Shown: positions 49,257 through 61,818, counted from the stretch's first letter. The stretch is 64,000 bases of DNA from Octopus vulgaris (GCA_951406725.2 OX597817.1:57040001-57104000); one strand, 5' to 3'. The notes: a model not told the origin generated them from the sequence alone. Numbers and translations are program-made.

Positions 49257-51899
49257 TTAGTTATTTTGGGAGGATTTAAATTCGCAAATAAACGAATGTT
49301 CCACGCTTTTCTTCGAATTCCAACAATACTTATCCAACCATTTAAACCCCCAAGCTTTTTTAATTTGATTACATCGTGTTTTTCTGAGAGTGTCAGGTCG
49401 GCCGGGGAAGTAATTGGTATAAACAACAGGTTCGTTTGTACTTGCCCATTTCCACTTGCCATCATTATCCAGAAAGGTCGGTGATAACCATACAGTATTA
49501 GGGGTCCCTATAGTAACCATAAAGTTCTCCAACATGAGTTCCTTTTGAAGATCTTTAACCGTGACTAAATTAGCTCCAAGACGCTTGCAGGTCTCTATGG
49601 CTCTTTTGTTCGACTGTTTCACAGGAATGTATTTAAAACAATAACCGCCAATTTCTTTAGCAAATGCGGGGCACAACTGGCTGTGTACTGAAGCGTTTTT
49701 CCAGTGTGAAGGCAGGGTATTTTCACTCATAGCATTGCTAGGGTTCTCGTTGACCATCTTTATTTGTATTGTCACATTAACTGGATTTCTGTTGTCGTGT
49801 GTGGATAATGGAAGTTCACATATGGTCCCATAACGATTATCAGAATCGCAGGAAACTAGTGACAATTTAAAATTATTGCTGGGATCCAAAACTAAACAAT
49901 TTTCGTCGTATTTTCGCGACAAGTCCTTTGAATTGAACGGCATAATCATATGTGCTTTAAATTCTTTCGGGTTCAACGAAGCAATGCTGTCTTTTGACAG
50001 CCAGAGCGGGATATTGAGATCAGAGTATATTGCCAAAAATATTTTCATATCAGTCCACTCTTCTAATGAAAACAGGGTAGCAACTCGTGAGTCAATATTT
50101 TGACAATCCGATACCGCTCCTTTCCAAGAAACACGCCTCGGCATGAAATGTAAACAGCGACGAACAGATTTAAACCAATTCTCTGGGCAAAATTTCACAG
50201 GTTTGACATTTGGTTTGGCAGTAGCAGAAAATGAAGGTTTCAAGAAAGCATGATAATTACTGGAAGAGGCCGCTTCCTTTTGGGCTCCTTCAATGTTAAA
50301 AGTAACTTGTGATGGTTTAACCATATCCATTCGGGCGATGGGGTGAGGAATCTTCCCGTTTTTTCTTTTGCTTTGCAATTCAATAAAATTGGGGCTAGAA
50401 TGGGTCATGTTCATGTGAAAACTGCTCGAAGGTTTTGCTGTACTTGAATGCACATTGCCCTTGCCACCTAGTATATTACTTCTAAATAGGTTCTGCGCTC
50501 TTTTAATTTCCGACTTAAATCTTTCTTCCTCGCTGCAGCTGGTACAATTTATACGTACTGCCTTTAAGTCAGTTACTTTGTCTTTAAGTCGAGCAATTTG
50601 ATTTTCATGAGAATTTCGACTATCTTCGACACTTTTGAGTCTTAATTTAATTTTCTCTTGCTCTGTTTCTAGGCTTTTCACTTTGGAATGAGTATTAAGG
50701 TCCTTTAATGCATCGAGTTCCTTCTTAAAAGATTTAAGAGTCGATCGAAGATCTCCAATTTCTCTCACGGAATCTTTGTAAGCTTCAGACAGTGATACCA
50801 TTTTATCTGAACATGTTTTGAACTTTAAACTTTGTTGCGTTAAAATATTTCCAAACTCTCGTTGTCCGTTCTTCACCTCGCTAAGACCCTGACGGGAATA
50901 ATTTAGTCTGTTCTCAATGGTTTTCAATCTTAAACCTATGTTAGACACATGGGATTCATTTTGTGGACGGAAATGGTTCTTACCTGGTGTCATTACATCA
51001 GAGAAATTGCTGTTCATTTCAGTAATCGCGGATTTAACTTCTTCCATTTCTTCCTTCAGTTCATCCACAGTTACAACAAGGCCTTGCATTTCTGGGTTGT
51101 TGTCCGTTGGCGTCCATGAGGTTACCGTATTCCCCTCACCTTTTGGTTCCTGTTCGCGTACGTCACCTTTACAAGATTGTTTGCATGCTTCTTTTTTATT
51201 AAGGACCAACGTTCTTAAATTCTCTGCTGATTTCTTTAAATTCTTCACCTGAACAGACAAAGATGTTAGTTCGCTTGATGAATCTTTTACTTCCAGGGAG
51301 ATAATGTCAAACAGGTTCTTCATGCCAGCCAGCTGCCTCAGAAACTGGTGTATTTGGGCCTTCACCGTAGCAAAGTCCGCCTTTCCTTGATTTTCTTTAA
51401 ATTCCAATTCTTTCACTTTACGGTCAAGAGCAGCGACGGTAAGTTCTTGACGCATAACTGTTTCTTTAAATTGTTTCCCTGTCATCATAAGAGACTTCGA
51501 TTCTTTGTTAGCTTTCATTTTCAGCTCTGCAATGCTATCACTTATTTCATCTAAATAAGAATATTTTTCGTACAGTTTATCGATCGAATCCCTTAAGTTC
51601 GATATTTCCTTAAACAATGCTCTTTCTATAGACTTGCTGGTGTATTTCTTGATCACTTCCATGTCATCACCGGATATTAAACAAATGCCATTATTGTCAA
51701 CGTATTTATAATATTTACACTCAAACTCTGACTCCGAACGACAAGCTTCGGAACATGCCCTTCGGGTAAGACCAAATTTCTTTTTAAGTTTCGGATCAGC
51801 TTGGATCGAAGAAGTCAAGTAAGGAAATACGATATGTACAAAAACAGATTCATAAATGAGGCAGAGAAGCAAAACCCTCTGACTGTGAGAGAAATACAT
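49257..51899 (-). CDS. Secreted PAN/Apple + coiled-coil + two C-type-lectin-domain protein, 880 aa
   Basis: Uninterrupted 2.6-kb ORF; hydrophobic N-terminus; PAN-like ACSEAC...ECKYYKY...CLIS; long heptad region; two CTLDs (FCPENW...C...W..A...C...LWL...C...C...ICE and LCPAF...C...C...VWL...WKW...YTNY.PG.PD...C...WLD..C...FICE); AATAAA about 140 nt after the stop. Confidence 0.9.
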   Translation of the reverse strand: MYFSHSQRVLLLCLIYESVFVHIVFPYLTSSIQADPKLKKKFGLTRRACSEACRSESEFECKYYKYVDNNGICLISGDDMEVIKKYTSKSIERALFKEISNLRDSIDKLYEKYSYLDEISDSIAELKMKANKESKSLMMTGKQFKETVMRQELTVAALDRKVKELEFKENQGKADFATVKAQIHQFLRQLAGMKNLFDIISLEVKDSSSELTSLSVQVKNLKKSAENLRTLVLNKKEACKQSCKGDVREQEPKGEGNTVTSWTPTDNNPEMQGLVVTVDELKEEMEEVKSAITEMNSNFSDVMTPGKNHFRPQNESHVSNIGLRLKTIENRLNYSRQGLSEVKNGQREFGNILTQQSLKFKTCSDKMVSLSEAYKDSVREIGDLRSTLKSFKKELDALKDLNTHSKVKSLETEQEKIKLRLKSVEDSRNSHENQIARLKDKVTDLKAVRINCTSCSEEERFKSEIKRAQNLFRSNILGGKGNVHSSTAKPSSSFHMNMTHSSPNFIELQSKRKNGKIPHPIARMDMVKPSQVTFNIEGAQKEAASSSNYHAFLKPSFSATAKPNVKPVKFCPENWFKSVRRCLHFMPRRVSWKGAVSDCQNIDSRVATLFSLEEWTDMKIFLAIYSDLNIPLWLSKDSIASLNPKEFKAHMIMPFNSKDLSRKYDENCLVLDPSNNFKLSLVSCDSDNRYGTICELPLSTHDNRNPVNVTIQIKMVNENPSNAMSENTLPSHWKNASVHSQLCPAFAKEIGGYCFKYIPVKQSNKRAIETCKRLGANLVTVKDLQKELMLENFMVTIGTPNTVWLSPTFLDNDGKWKWASTNEPVVYTNYFPGRPDTLRKTRCNQIKKAWGFKWLDKYCWNSKKSVEHSFICEFKSSQNN

Positions 51900-52059
51900 A
51901 CGTTACAGAATGTATATCGATTACCACAATATTGTAAAGGCATTCACTTAGTTAAATCGTTGCCAGAGGAGAAATTTAAACTTGACACACAAAACGCTAC
52001 TTGCTGTGACGTCATCTCAATCTAAACACTTCCATCTGTTTGTTTATTTTCATTAATAG

Positions 52060-52480
52060 CGGAGCGTTGGAGAGAGAGAGTTGCTTCCGTCGTTGGACAG
52101 ATGTAGAGGAAAAACTATGGTGTGTGTGTCCCCTTCAGCCACTGTGGCTAGACCGAAGAGATAGTAAAAGGCCCGACGATATGACAGCTTCCCCGTTCCG
52201 TGATGGCAGGCCCCCTCATCTGATATTTCATATACAGTGACACCTTCGCTGCTCATCAAGACGAGAAGGGCAAACTGTCAAAGTATCGGCCGTTCTCTGA
52301 CAAGTTTATGGTCGAACCTGTGGTAGTAGAGACGTCCGGCGTTCTCGGAGTCCGGACCACATCCCTGCTCTCCGCTATCAGGGTGGAGATGGCTCCCAGA
52401 AAGTGCAAGCCCTCAGTCGTCGTTCAAGTGCATCTCCCTCTCCATCCTCCGGGGCAATGCCTTTTTTGTTTTGTTCGCTG
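52060..52480 (+). mobile_element. CRE-clade LINE endonuclease remnant
   Basis: LDRRDSKRPDDMTASPFRDGRP...EKGKLSKY...FMVEPVVVETSGVLG matches the CRE RLE pattern DGKRPDG.T..PW..G...K..KY...P.A.ET.G. Confidence 0.7.
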
Positions 52481-52759
52481 GGACCATAAAGCGGACCGAA
52501 AAACCTTTTTTAGATATTACGTGATACCTGGTCATCTCTCCTAAATATACAGATACCACGAACTACTTTCTATATTACACCACCATAGAAATATTTCAAA
52601 GGAAATAATTAAGAATAAAAAAGAAAATGTATGGTTTTTCTTTGAGTTTTATTTAAGTTTTTCTTGAGAGTTCAGGCCAGTCACTAACAAAGCGACATGA
52701 CTGTTTGAGGTCAGAAAGTTGCCGGTGCTTGACATGGTTCGCCTGTCGATGCACACACC

Positions 52760-53300
52760 CAAGTGCGTGCATCTACTCACATAAGAATCTCAGATGGAGG
52801 ACTTTCGGAGTGTCTAACAAATCTTCCATATTCCACTTATAGATTTGATTAGGAGAATCTGCTTCAGTTTCTTTTGCTCTTTCTCCGTGTTGGTAAATAA
52901 CCGAATGCACGACGATAGGTGCGAAAAGAGAATTTTTAGTCAGGGCACAAAAGCTGTAAGTTCCACATTAATTCATCATAAATGTTGTCTGTTGTTTTTC
53001 TGGGCTTCTAATGGTACATTAACATCCGCTGGGCAGCTGACCCCAACAACAGTACACGATTCCTGTTCCACAGAACAATATCAAGTCTGTTATGTTTGCA
53101 CCAAATTGAGGTTTTCATTGATATGTTCCACCAGTATCCCTTGCTCATAAAGGTGTGGATACCTGCTGGTTCTGACATGCTTTTGATGTCAGGGTAATCC
53201 TTCCCGTCGATAGCATTGTATATACAATTTGCAACTGTTTGTTCTCTTTTTAATTTTAATTTCTCTTTAATTTTGGTGACCGGTGAACCTTTACCAGCCA
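52760..53300 (-). mobile_element. R4/Dong-like RLE LINE remnant
   Basis: YWWNISMKTSIWCKHNRLDIVLWN...VSCPADVNV, same type as 17221-17560. Confidence 0.7.
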
Positions 53301-53428
53301 CCTACTTGGTAGCAAGGATGTGAAGCTGCACTCTCCCGCCAAGATCCCAGTTTCAGCCATACTCTGCTCCAGACGGGTTGGTATGTACCCCGTTGTTCTA
53401 ATTATCTGTATGCATGTATATTTGAGAG

Positions 53429-54877
53429 ACGGTAGCTCTGATGTAATACATTTGTCAGTAGTCTTGATCTGCTAAGACTTCGGTTTAAGAATTGTGCTGT
53501 ATGTATGATAGCTATGAAAAAAAAAAACTTCAATGAGATGGAATCTGCATCGTTGAATGAGTGCTAGAAATAGCGGCCAAATCATCTTCAAATCTCACTT
53601 TACCGTTTTCGGTAGAATGACAAAAAAAAAAAAATCAGCACAGAATTGAATACTGTAATCCTAGATGCGCCATGCCTGAAAAATAAACGACGAGATGGTC
53701 ACAACTAGAACGCCTGTCATCATAGGTCTGCTAGGTAAAGAACCACAACGGCAACCAGCGCTACCACTTGTACATATTTGGATTAAACGAATTTCACACA
53801 TTTTAAGGTAATTAATTAACAAAAAGGTGCTGCTGTTGCTTTGTCAGGTGAGAAAGGCGGGGCTCATGATCCCTATTCAGGGCTTCCGAGATGGTGGGTG
53901 GGTGGGGATGACAAGGAGTTGTCAAAATCGGTGACCTGGTTCAATTATCCGAATACTGGTAACAGAGTGCTTGTACCCTAAACAGGAGGGGGGCACGCTC
54001 CCCACCCCCTCAACACACACACAGAGGGACGTAAGCCATGGTGAAGCTTAAACCCGAATTTCCAAAAGCTGGACCAAATAATTCCGTTAAACATCGCGTT
54101 TATGGTTCTCGTGTTTCTGTACATCCACCAACCGACGACTTCAGCGCGATTTGAACTCACAACCCCCAAAACTGAAATAAAAACAGCAACGCCTTCGTCT
54201 CATATTCTAACGGTCCTACCAATTTGTCGCTCGACCATAAACTGTATCGCCAAGTGGTACCTATTTACAGCCAGGCGGACTGCGTGCAGCAGTGAACTGT
54301 GCCTCCACGTGGTACCCATTTACAGCTAGGTTTGACTGGTTGTGATGATGATGATGAAGGTGGTAACAATAGTAGTGTTAGGTGTGGTCATGACAGTGCT
54401 CGATGTTGCGGTGATGAAGCTATGGCAGTAACGGTGGTGGTGGGAGTGGAGAATTAGGTCATCCGTCGTTGTCGACGATGACCGAAGACATCATACGGGA
54501 GAAATGTGAAATTCGTTTAATCCAAATATGTACAAGTGGTAGCGCCGGTTGCTGTTGTGGTTCTTTACCTAGCAGACCTATGATGACAGGCGTTCTAGTT
54601 GTGACCATCTCGTCCAGGCATAGTGTATCTAGGATTACAGTATTCAATTCTGTGCTGAGTTTTTTTTTGGTTTTTTTGTTTGTCATTCTACCGAAAACGG
54701 TAAAGTGAGATTTGAAGATGATTTGGCTGCTATTTCTAGCATTCATTCAACGATTCAGATTCCATCTCATTGAAGTCGTTTTTTTTTTCATAGCTATCAT
54801 ACATACAGCACAATTCTTAAACCGAAGTCTTAGCAGATCAAGAACACTAGCAAATGGATTACATCAGAGCTACCGTC
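53429..54877. repeat. Inverted repeat with ~370-bp arms and ~700-bp spacer
   Basis: 53429-53798 is the reverse complement of 54505-54877 with scattered mismatches. Confidence 0.9.
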
Positions 54878-55254
54878 ACAGTGTGGCCGATCAGTGCGAG
54901 AAGCGGCATGCTTGGAAGGCTCTGCTGCAGGCCGGGCATTGGTGGTCTGCTGCGACTGAAGACGAAGAATTGGTTCTGGACTTGCGTAGTTTGCATTTTT
55001 TTTTTTTTGTGCCCTTGCAATCCTATTGCTCGTGGGAGGTGGCACACACACACACACACACACACACACATTCAAAATCTAGATTAAAGTGAATCATTTC
55101 TCAAATAACTCGATACGTTTCTCTAAGCAAAAGTGTGTATGTATTTGTGTGTGTACAAATGTGTTTATGTATATGAGATGGTGTGTGTGTGTATAAACAT
55201 ATATATATATAGAGATATATAACTGTGAGAGATGTATGTATACAAAATTGTGTG

Positions 55255-55530
55255 TCATCGTCATCATCGTTTAACGTCCGCTTTCCATGCTAGCATGGGT
55301 TGGACGATTTTGACTGAGGGCTGGCGAACCAGATGGCTGCACCAGGCTCCAGTCTTGATCTGGCAAAGTTTCTACAGCTGGATGCCCTTCCTAATGCCAA
55401 CCACTCCGAGAGTGTAGTGGGTGCTTTTACGTGCCACCGGCACGGGGGCCAGTCAGGCGGTACTGGCAACGACCTCACTCGAATCTTTTTACACATGCCA
55501 CCGGCACAGGTGCCAGTAAGGCGACGTTAG
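55255..55530 (-). mobile_element. SINE family D
   Basis: Reverse complement of GGTGGCACGTAAAAGCACCCACTACACTCTCGGAGTGGTTGGCATTAGGAAGGGCATCCAGCTGTAGAAA...CCCATGCTAGCATGGAAAGCGGACGTTAAACGATGATG. Confidence 0.85.
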
Positions 55531-58500
55531 TGTCTGTGCAGGTCTGTCTTTCTAACAATGTGTGTGGTTCTTCAGATCTACGTGTGTATAACTTTGATAT
55601 GTTTCGGGCAAAGACTGGCCCTGGGCATGTCTAACTTAGAAGCACCACCAGACAGAATCTGTTAAGACATTTTTAAGGCAAGTATGATGATATCGTGGCC
55701 CATTCAAGTAGGGAGTTGTTGTTGGCTGAGAAGTATCCAAGTATAGTGGGGGCTTATCTGGGAGCCCTTAAGAAATTTGTCCAAATATCATTTGAAGGTG
55801 ATGGGCACTTTTCCTTCTCTGATTTGTTTTGGGGATCACGGCTTGTTAAGGAAAAATAACTGAATTGCGATTAATTTGTGTTTTGAGCCTGCATTGTGTA
55901 GGGGGCATGTCACACACGGAATTCTGAATCTAATGTTAAGGTCATTTGGGCAATGCTGGTGGTATGTTTCCCACATGATGCAAATGATGTAGCACTTAGC
56001 ACTCATGGTAGCATGGGAGAGAATAAAAACTCTGTTTTAAGGTGGGTCCAACAATCAAGATCGTCCGATTTCCATGCTGGCATGGATTGGACAGTTTGAC
56101 TGAGGGCTGGCAAGCTAGAAAGCTTGAGCCTTCTAGCTTGCCAGCCCTCAGTCAAACTGATCTGGCAAGGCTTCTACAGCTGGATGCCCTTCCTAACACC
56201 AACCACTCCGAGAGTGCAGTAGATGCTTTTTACGTGCCACCAGTACAAGGGCCAGTCAAACAGTACTGACATCAGCCACGCTTAAACGGTGCTTTTTACA
56301 TGCCATTGACACAGGAGCCAAATATGTGTGTGCTTCTATAGATGTCTATTTGTAAAAGCTCTGATATGTGTTGAGTACGGTATGACTGTGGTGTGTATAA
56401 GAACACATACAGAGTGTGAACGGTATTTGAGGACAAATTTATGGTTTTTAAGAAACGCTTATATAATAATAATAGAAAAAAAACTGTATTTTTATAAAAG
56501 TAACATAAAGCTAAATAATCAATTTAATAATTTCATTCAATAAAACCATCATGTGGTATGCTTACGTCCCTGACCTTAGTGGTTTGGCAAAAGAGTCTGA
56601 TAGAATAAGTACTAGGCTTACAAAGAATAAGTCCAGGGGCCGATTTTCTCGACTAGACTAAAGGCGGTGCTCCAGCATGGCCACAGTCAAATGACTGAAA
56701 CGAATAAAAGAATATATTTATATTGGAAAGAAAGTCGAATACAAAGCTGGTGTCTATATGTATCAGTATACAGAAAATACGTAATGTATTTAAAGGTGTG
56801 TGTGTGCGCACACACACCAATGCATAAATGTATGTACAAATAAAGCAGAAAATTGTAATCATAGAATAAAGCAGTATTCACAGTAAGCACTCTCACAAGG
56901 AATTGGCTATCAGTTCACATCATAATTAAATTACAAAGTAGTTTAACTTCATCCATGCAATCAGAACTCCAGGATCATACAAATAATATTTTCATGAGTT
57001 GCAAATAATAATCACAAAATCAGGTGTGTATGTATGGACGTCTGCGATTATGGGGCTGTAAATAATGTACGGACAATTGATGTGTACATGTGCATGCAAA
57101 CAGAGAAAATAAGAAACTAAATGTATATGAAGTTGGCCATTATATTTTATTGCAATTTAATTTGTCATATCTTTAAAATCCATCGTCAGTTTATCAGAAA
57201 TGGAATGGAACATGGTTAAGAAGCAACGCCAGCCTGACAGCTAGAAGAGCTCCTCGCACATACAGAACATATAGACAGACAGACCAGAGAACAAGGGCTT
57301 TAGAGAGAAGACAGACAGCTAGCAATAGCCATCACAGTATACAGTGTGAAGATAAAATCAGACATTTTGCTATCAAATATAAGCTGCAGAGTTTCACTCC
57401 AGAGAAGGAACTGTACTAGTGGAAGAAGTCTTTTAGTGTGTGTGCGTGTGTGTGGTGTTTGTTACAGTTGAGAGATGTCTTTGCCATTCAAGCAGTCCTA
57501 ATCGTAGTAGTAGCACAGAAGGAGGTACACACACACAAGCTACAGTCAGTGTCTGAGTTCACCTGAAATCCAAACTGCATGACAGAGAAGTTTCATTACA
57601 GCATGATGGGGGGGGGGGGGAGAGGAGAAATAATTAAAAACAACAACAATAATAATTAAAATAATAATAACTGTCAATTTTCAGCACAAAGCCAGCATTT
57701 TTGAAGGGAGTGGGGGGTCGTTTCATACCATCGACCCCCCCCACCTCCAGTACTGGTTCCTTACTTCATCAATCCCAGATGGGACGACCAGGCAAAGTTG
57801 AGCTGGATAGGATTTGAGCTCAGAACGTAATAACCTTAATAATATTGCTGATGACTACGATGATGATGACGAAAGTGTTTAGGGGGCAGTAGAGTCAGTC
57901 CACAGATAGAAGTCTGTGGTATCGTTAGAGGTTTGGTTAACTGAAGATGAAGACCCATTAAACCAAATTTATTATTATTATTATTATGCACACAGCAACA
58001 ATAGTTGCTGCTGCTGTTGTTTTAAATCAAAACGTAAAAATGTACAAAAGAATGGAGCACCCTATCTATTGGGCTTCCTTACTGAAATAGTTTCCATTTC
58101 AATTATCAATATTATTATTATTATTATAATTATTACCGAAGTGCTCCCAAGGAGTGGTGGCATTAGACAGCATATCAAGAAAGCTACACATGAAAATTTT
58201 GCAGATTTAAAAAGAAGAACATCTCAACATGCTACAGTTGCAGGTTCAAATAATAGTGGAAGCGGCAAATGGGATGATTTTACCTTTTTCTTTTTTTAAA
58301 TAAATATGGAAGGCTATGGCAGAATCTTAAAAAAAAATTTAATGAAATGGAAATGAAATGAAATGAAATGAAAGACTTTCCTCAAAAAAGGGAGAGAAAA
58401 AAATGAATTGCAAAATAATGAGCAAATAAAGAACAAAACTGTAGAAACAAGATGTAACTGTATGTGATAGGAGAGGATATGCTCTTAGGCAAGAGAGGAG

Positions 58501-58983
58501 TTCTTGTATGACGAGATACATCAGAAGTTATATCTTCATACAAGAGAGAATGTTAATACAAGTCCATCAGACAAGTGAGAAGGTTTGATGAAATCTTTGG
58601 TTAATACAATGGGGAGTCAGGATTTTTTTTTTTTTAATAGATGTCAGTTTAGTCTAAGTTTATGTCAGATGTTATCAATGGCTTGATCTAACACAGAAAG
58701 AGAGACAGGGACAACTACAAGACTCAATTTAAAGAACTACTAATCTTTATTTACGATTCTAATACTTTGTCATTGGACTGTGGCCATGTAACAGCACTGC
58801 CTTCCATTGAAGATTTCATAACCTAAAACACTGCAATTTATTCCCAGAAATTTATGTGTCATGCATGCATGTATGTATGTGCATGTATGTATATGTATAA
58901 TGTTTGTTTTTATGTCAGGTTATAATAAAAACAATTTCATTATTAAACTGAAGGATTATTCTGTACATAATTGTTACATTTTA

Positions 58984-59092
58984 ACAAGAAGAGGTGGGTG
59001 ACAGTGACATCAAAGTTTCAACCCGCTTGTCCTCATCAGGCAGTCCGACAAAGGCTGGCAGACTGCGAAGTCACTATCACTCCTCTTCTTGT
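58984..59092 (-). ncRNA. Candidate type III hammerhead-like structured RNA
   Basis: Minus strand: outer stem, UUC, 8-bp hairpin GCAGUCUG/CGGACUGC, CUGAUGA, weak stem II, GAAA, then the complement of the outer stem. Confidence 0.4.
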
Positions 59093-60833
59093 ACAAGTAC
59101 AATAAATATGTTTGTGTGTGTGTGTGTGTGTGTGTGTTATACATAAAGAAATGAAGTGCAATTTTATGTTTGAAGTTCCAATGAAGCTACAGAGCATTCA
59201 ACTACAAGTGCCTCGCATGAACTATAGCAGCAACGACTGTAAGCTAATGGAATTCAATTTCTTATTCCCCTGTCATTCTAACTCATTACTGCTCTGTACT
59301 CGACTGACATCTTGAAGCATATGAGGACTGAAGTCCGAACACCAGGATATATTAGTATCACTATGCTGTAGCAAAATAATAATAATACACACACACACAA
59401 TACAAAAATTGTACCTCTTCCTCTTTTGTTTTCATGTCTGTTTGTAGAAGTGGATTTGTGTGATAACAGACTTAACCAATAAGTCAAACTAAGACTGCCA
59501 GGGCAGGAGACAGAGAAAGCAAAAGAGATGATGATGATGATGAAGTTCTGCAGGAGGGGGATGGGGGAATACATGGAGATGATGAAAGGGTGATTGTGGT
59601 CATATGGTCGTTTGAACATTTGTCTGGTCAAACTGACCACTTCTAGAAAAGACAAAAAAAAATGAAAAAAAATATATATATATATTTACAGAAATTTACA
59701 TAAATAAGCTGAATTTATAATTTAATTTTAAACAAAAAAGAAATGAAAACAACAAATTGATAAGAAGTGAAAAATTACAAAAGTTAATTAAGAACGGCTA
59801 TATTTATAATATTAACGAGACAACAACAACAAGTTCAATGACAGTATCACAATTACAGGAGAAAAAAAAACAAAACATTAGAAGCAGAAAAACATTAGGG
59901 TGTCTGTTTGAAAGTAATTGAAGCTATGTACATATTGACAGAATTGGTAATGAGAGAAAGCGAAAGAGAGCTACCTTCCTTGGGAGGCAAGGTTAAGAAA
60001 AGAACTAAGAAATCATTTCTTTTATTGTTGTTGTTTTTAAAATATTAAAATAATCGACAATATCAAGGAAGAAAAACTCAACAGCCCCTCCCCTCTTCCC
60101 ATTTTAAATTTTATTTTCTTATATTTTTTTTTCTTTCTTTTAATGAATATTTAAATTTTCTCTAATCCTTCAGAACTGACGTTATTTATACACCATACAC
60201 AGACGGACAGTATCCACAAACAGTCGTTAAAAGTCAATTGACTTTCTTTTTTTTTTTTTATTATTTGGAGTTTTAAATTGACATATTTCAAATATATAAA
60301 CATTAACTAGCTTTTTTTTTTTTTTTCTGGTGAGAGAAGTTAGGGAGAAGAATTAAAGCCCCCTACTCCCTCTAAATCAGAAGAAACATGGAAAGAGAGA
60401 GGGAAAGACAGAGACAGACAGACAGAGAGAGACACAAGTCAATGGTGCCTGCTTGAAGCAGTGCAGATATCAAAAAATTGATAAAGTTTCTTCTAACAAC
60501 TCATATTATTAGCATTTGGAAAAAAAAAATGTTTAAAATGTATGTGAAAGGGGAGGGCGACATTTGTTAACGAGCAGATTTAGCTCAATGGTAAATGTCG
60601 ACAGTGTGTGGCAGCTAAACTTAATAGCTTCAGATCCCCCCTCCTCCCTCCGAGACAACCCACCAAAAGCCGACAGCACAGCTGACCATACTCAGATGCT
60701 CACGTACTAGTCCCAAGTCCCTAATACTTCAGCACTTGCCGTTATAAATACAAAGGGGTTGGTTATATAGAGAGAGAGATAGGGGGGGAGATATAGGTCA
60801 GCACTGAGAAAGACTCCCCTCTGCTTGGTATCA

Positions 60834-60960
60834 TTATCGTCGGCCCGTAGGCATCCGGGAACTTTTCCACAAACTGCCATTGATAACGATAGCATCAATG
60901 GATACAGATAAATGTTTCGTAGATGTCACTTCAGCAAAACTTTTACCACCAGAGTTGTAC
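60834..60960 (-). CDS. CAMSAP: CAMSAP/Patronin last coding exon (end of CKK domain)
   Basis: Acceptor TTGTTCCAG| at 60961 (phase 2); (K)YNSGGKSFAEVTSTKHLSVSIDAIVINGSLWKSSRMPTGRR* matches the CKK C-terminus; absent from the ORF track. Confidence 0.92.
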
Positions 60961-61037
60961 CTGGAACAAGCGAATAAAAAAATTGTTAATTAGAGAAACT
61001 AACGGGTACAAATTTAAGCAGAACAATTATAAGTTTA

Positions 61038-61357
61038 TTTTGTATTTGGATTTGGTTTGCAAGATTCTTTATGTGAGTTCGTGTGTTGAAGCATATTCTG
61101 TTGTGTCTGGGGAGAGTCATTTTCTTTTTGTGCCTTATAATGTAACACACTCACCGGTAAAATTTTCACACTGACCCACACACATGCGCACAAACAAACA
61201 AAAGAGAAAGCAGCGTAAATAATGGACAGAGTCAAAACTATTGAAAAGGTTGCAAGACGCAATGAAAATTTTAGGACAGTAAAAATAAGAAAAAAGTAGA
61301 AATTTTACCAGTGTTACATTATAAGGCACAAAAAATGACTCTCCCCAGACACAACAG
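61038..61357. mobile_element. Fold-back PLE-end-like insertion in the last CAMSAP intron, 13-bp TSD
   Basis: AATTATAAGTTTA at 61025-61037 and 61358-61370; inverted arms homologous to 45702-46042. Confidence 0.75.
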
Positions 61358-61460
61358 AATTATAAGTTTAGTTTAACGAATATAACATAACCAACATCAA
61401 ATAAACAATCACCACCAAATGTTCAAGATATTATCCAACAATCATTAAAGAATTGCCATC

Positions 61461-61818
61461 AGGCGTGGCTGGGTGGTAAGGTTCAGTCCCACTGCATGGA
61501 ACACTGGGCAAGTGTTTTCCTTTAACAGCCTCAGGCTGACCAAAGCCTTGCCAGTGGATTTGGTAGACAGAAACTGAAAGAAGCCCATCTTCTATATATA
61601 TACACACAGATATATTCTGCAAGTGTGACTGAGTCTGTGTTTGTACCCATCACTGCTTAATAACCAGTGTTGGTTCATTTACGTCCCCGTAACTGAGTGG
61701 TTCAGCAAAAGAGACTAATAGAATAAGTGCTAGGTTTCTTAAAAAAAAAATAAGTACTGGGGTCAATACAGACAGCTAAAAATTCTTCAAAGCATTGCCG
61801 CAGTCTAATGACTGAAAG
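61461..61818 (+). mobile_element. SINE family A, internally deleted
   Basis: GGCGTGGCTGGGTGGTAAG head plus body and tail. Confidence 0.8.

Noticed and set aside
49876-51554. Plus-strand ORFs overlapping the lectin gene
   Set aside because: Antisense shadows of the 880-aa coding frame.
55590-56040. Possible CR1/L2 3' remnant on the minus strand (FK*YLDKFL...NSLL)
   Set aside because: Plausible but too degraded to call with useful confidence.
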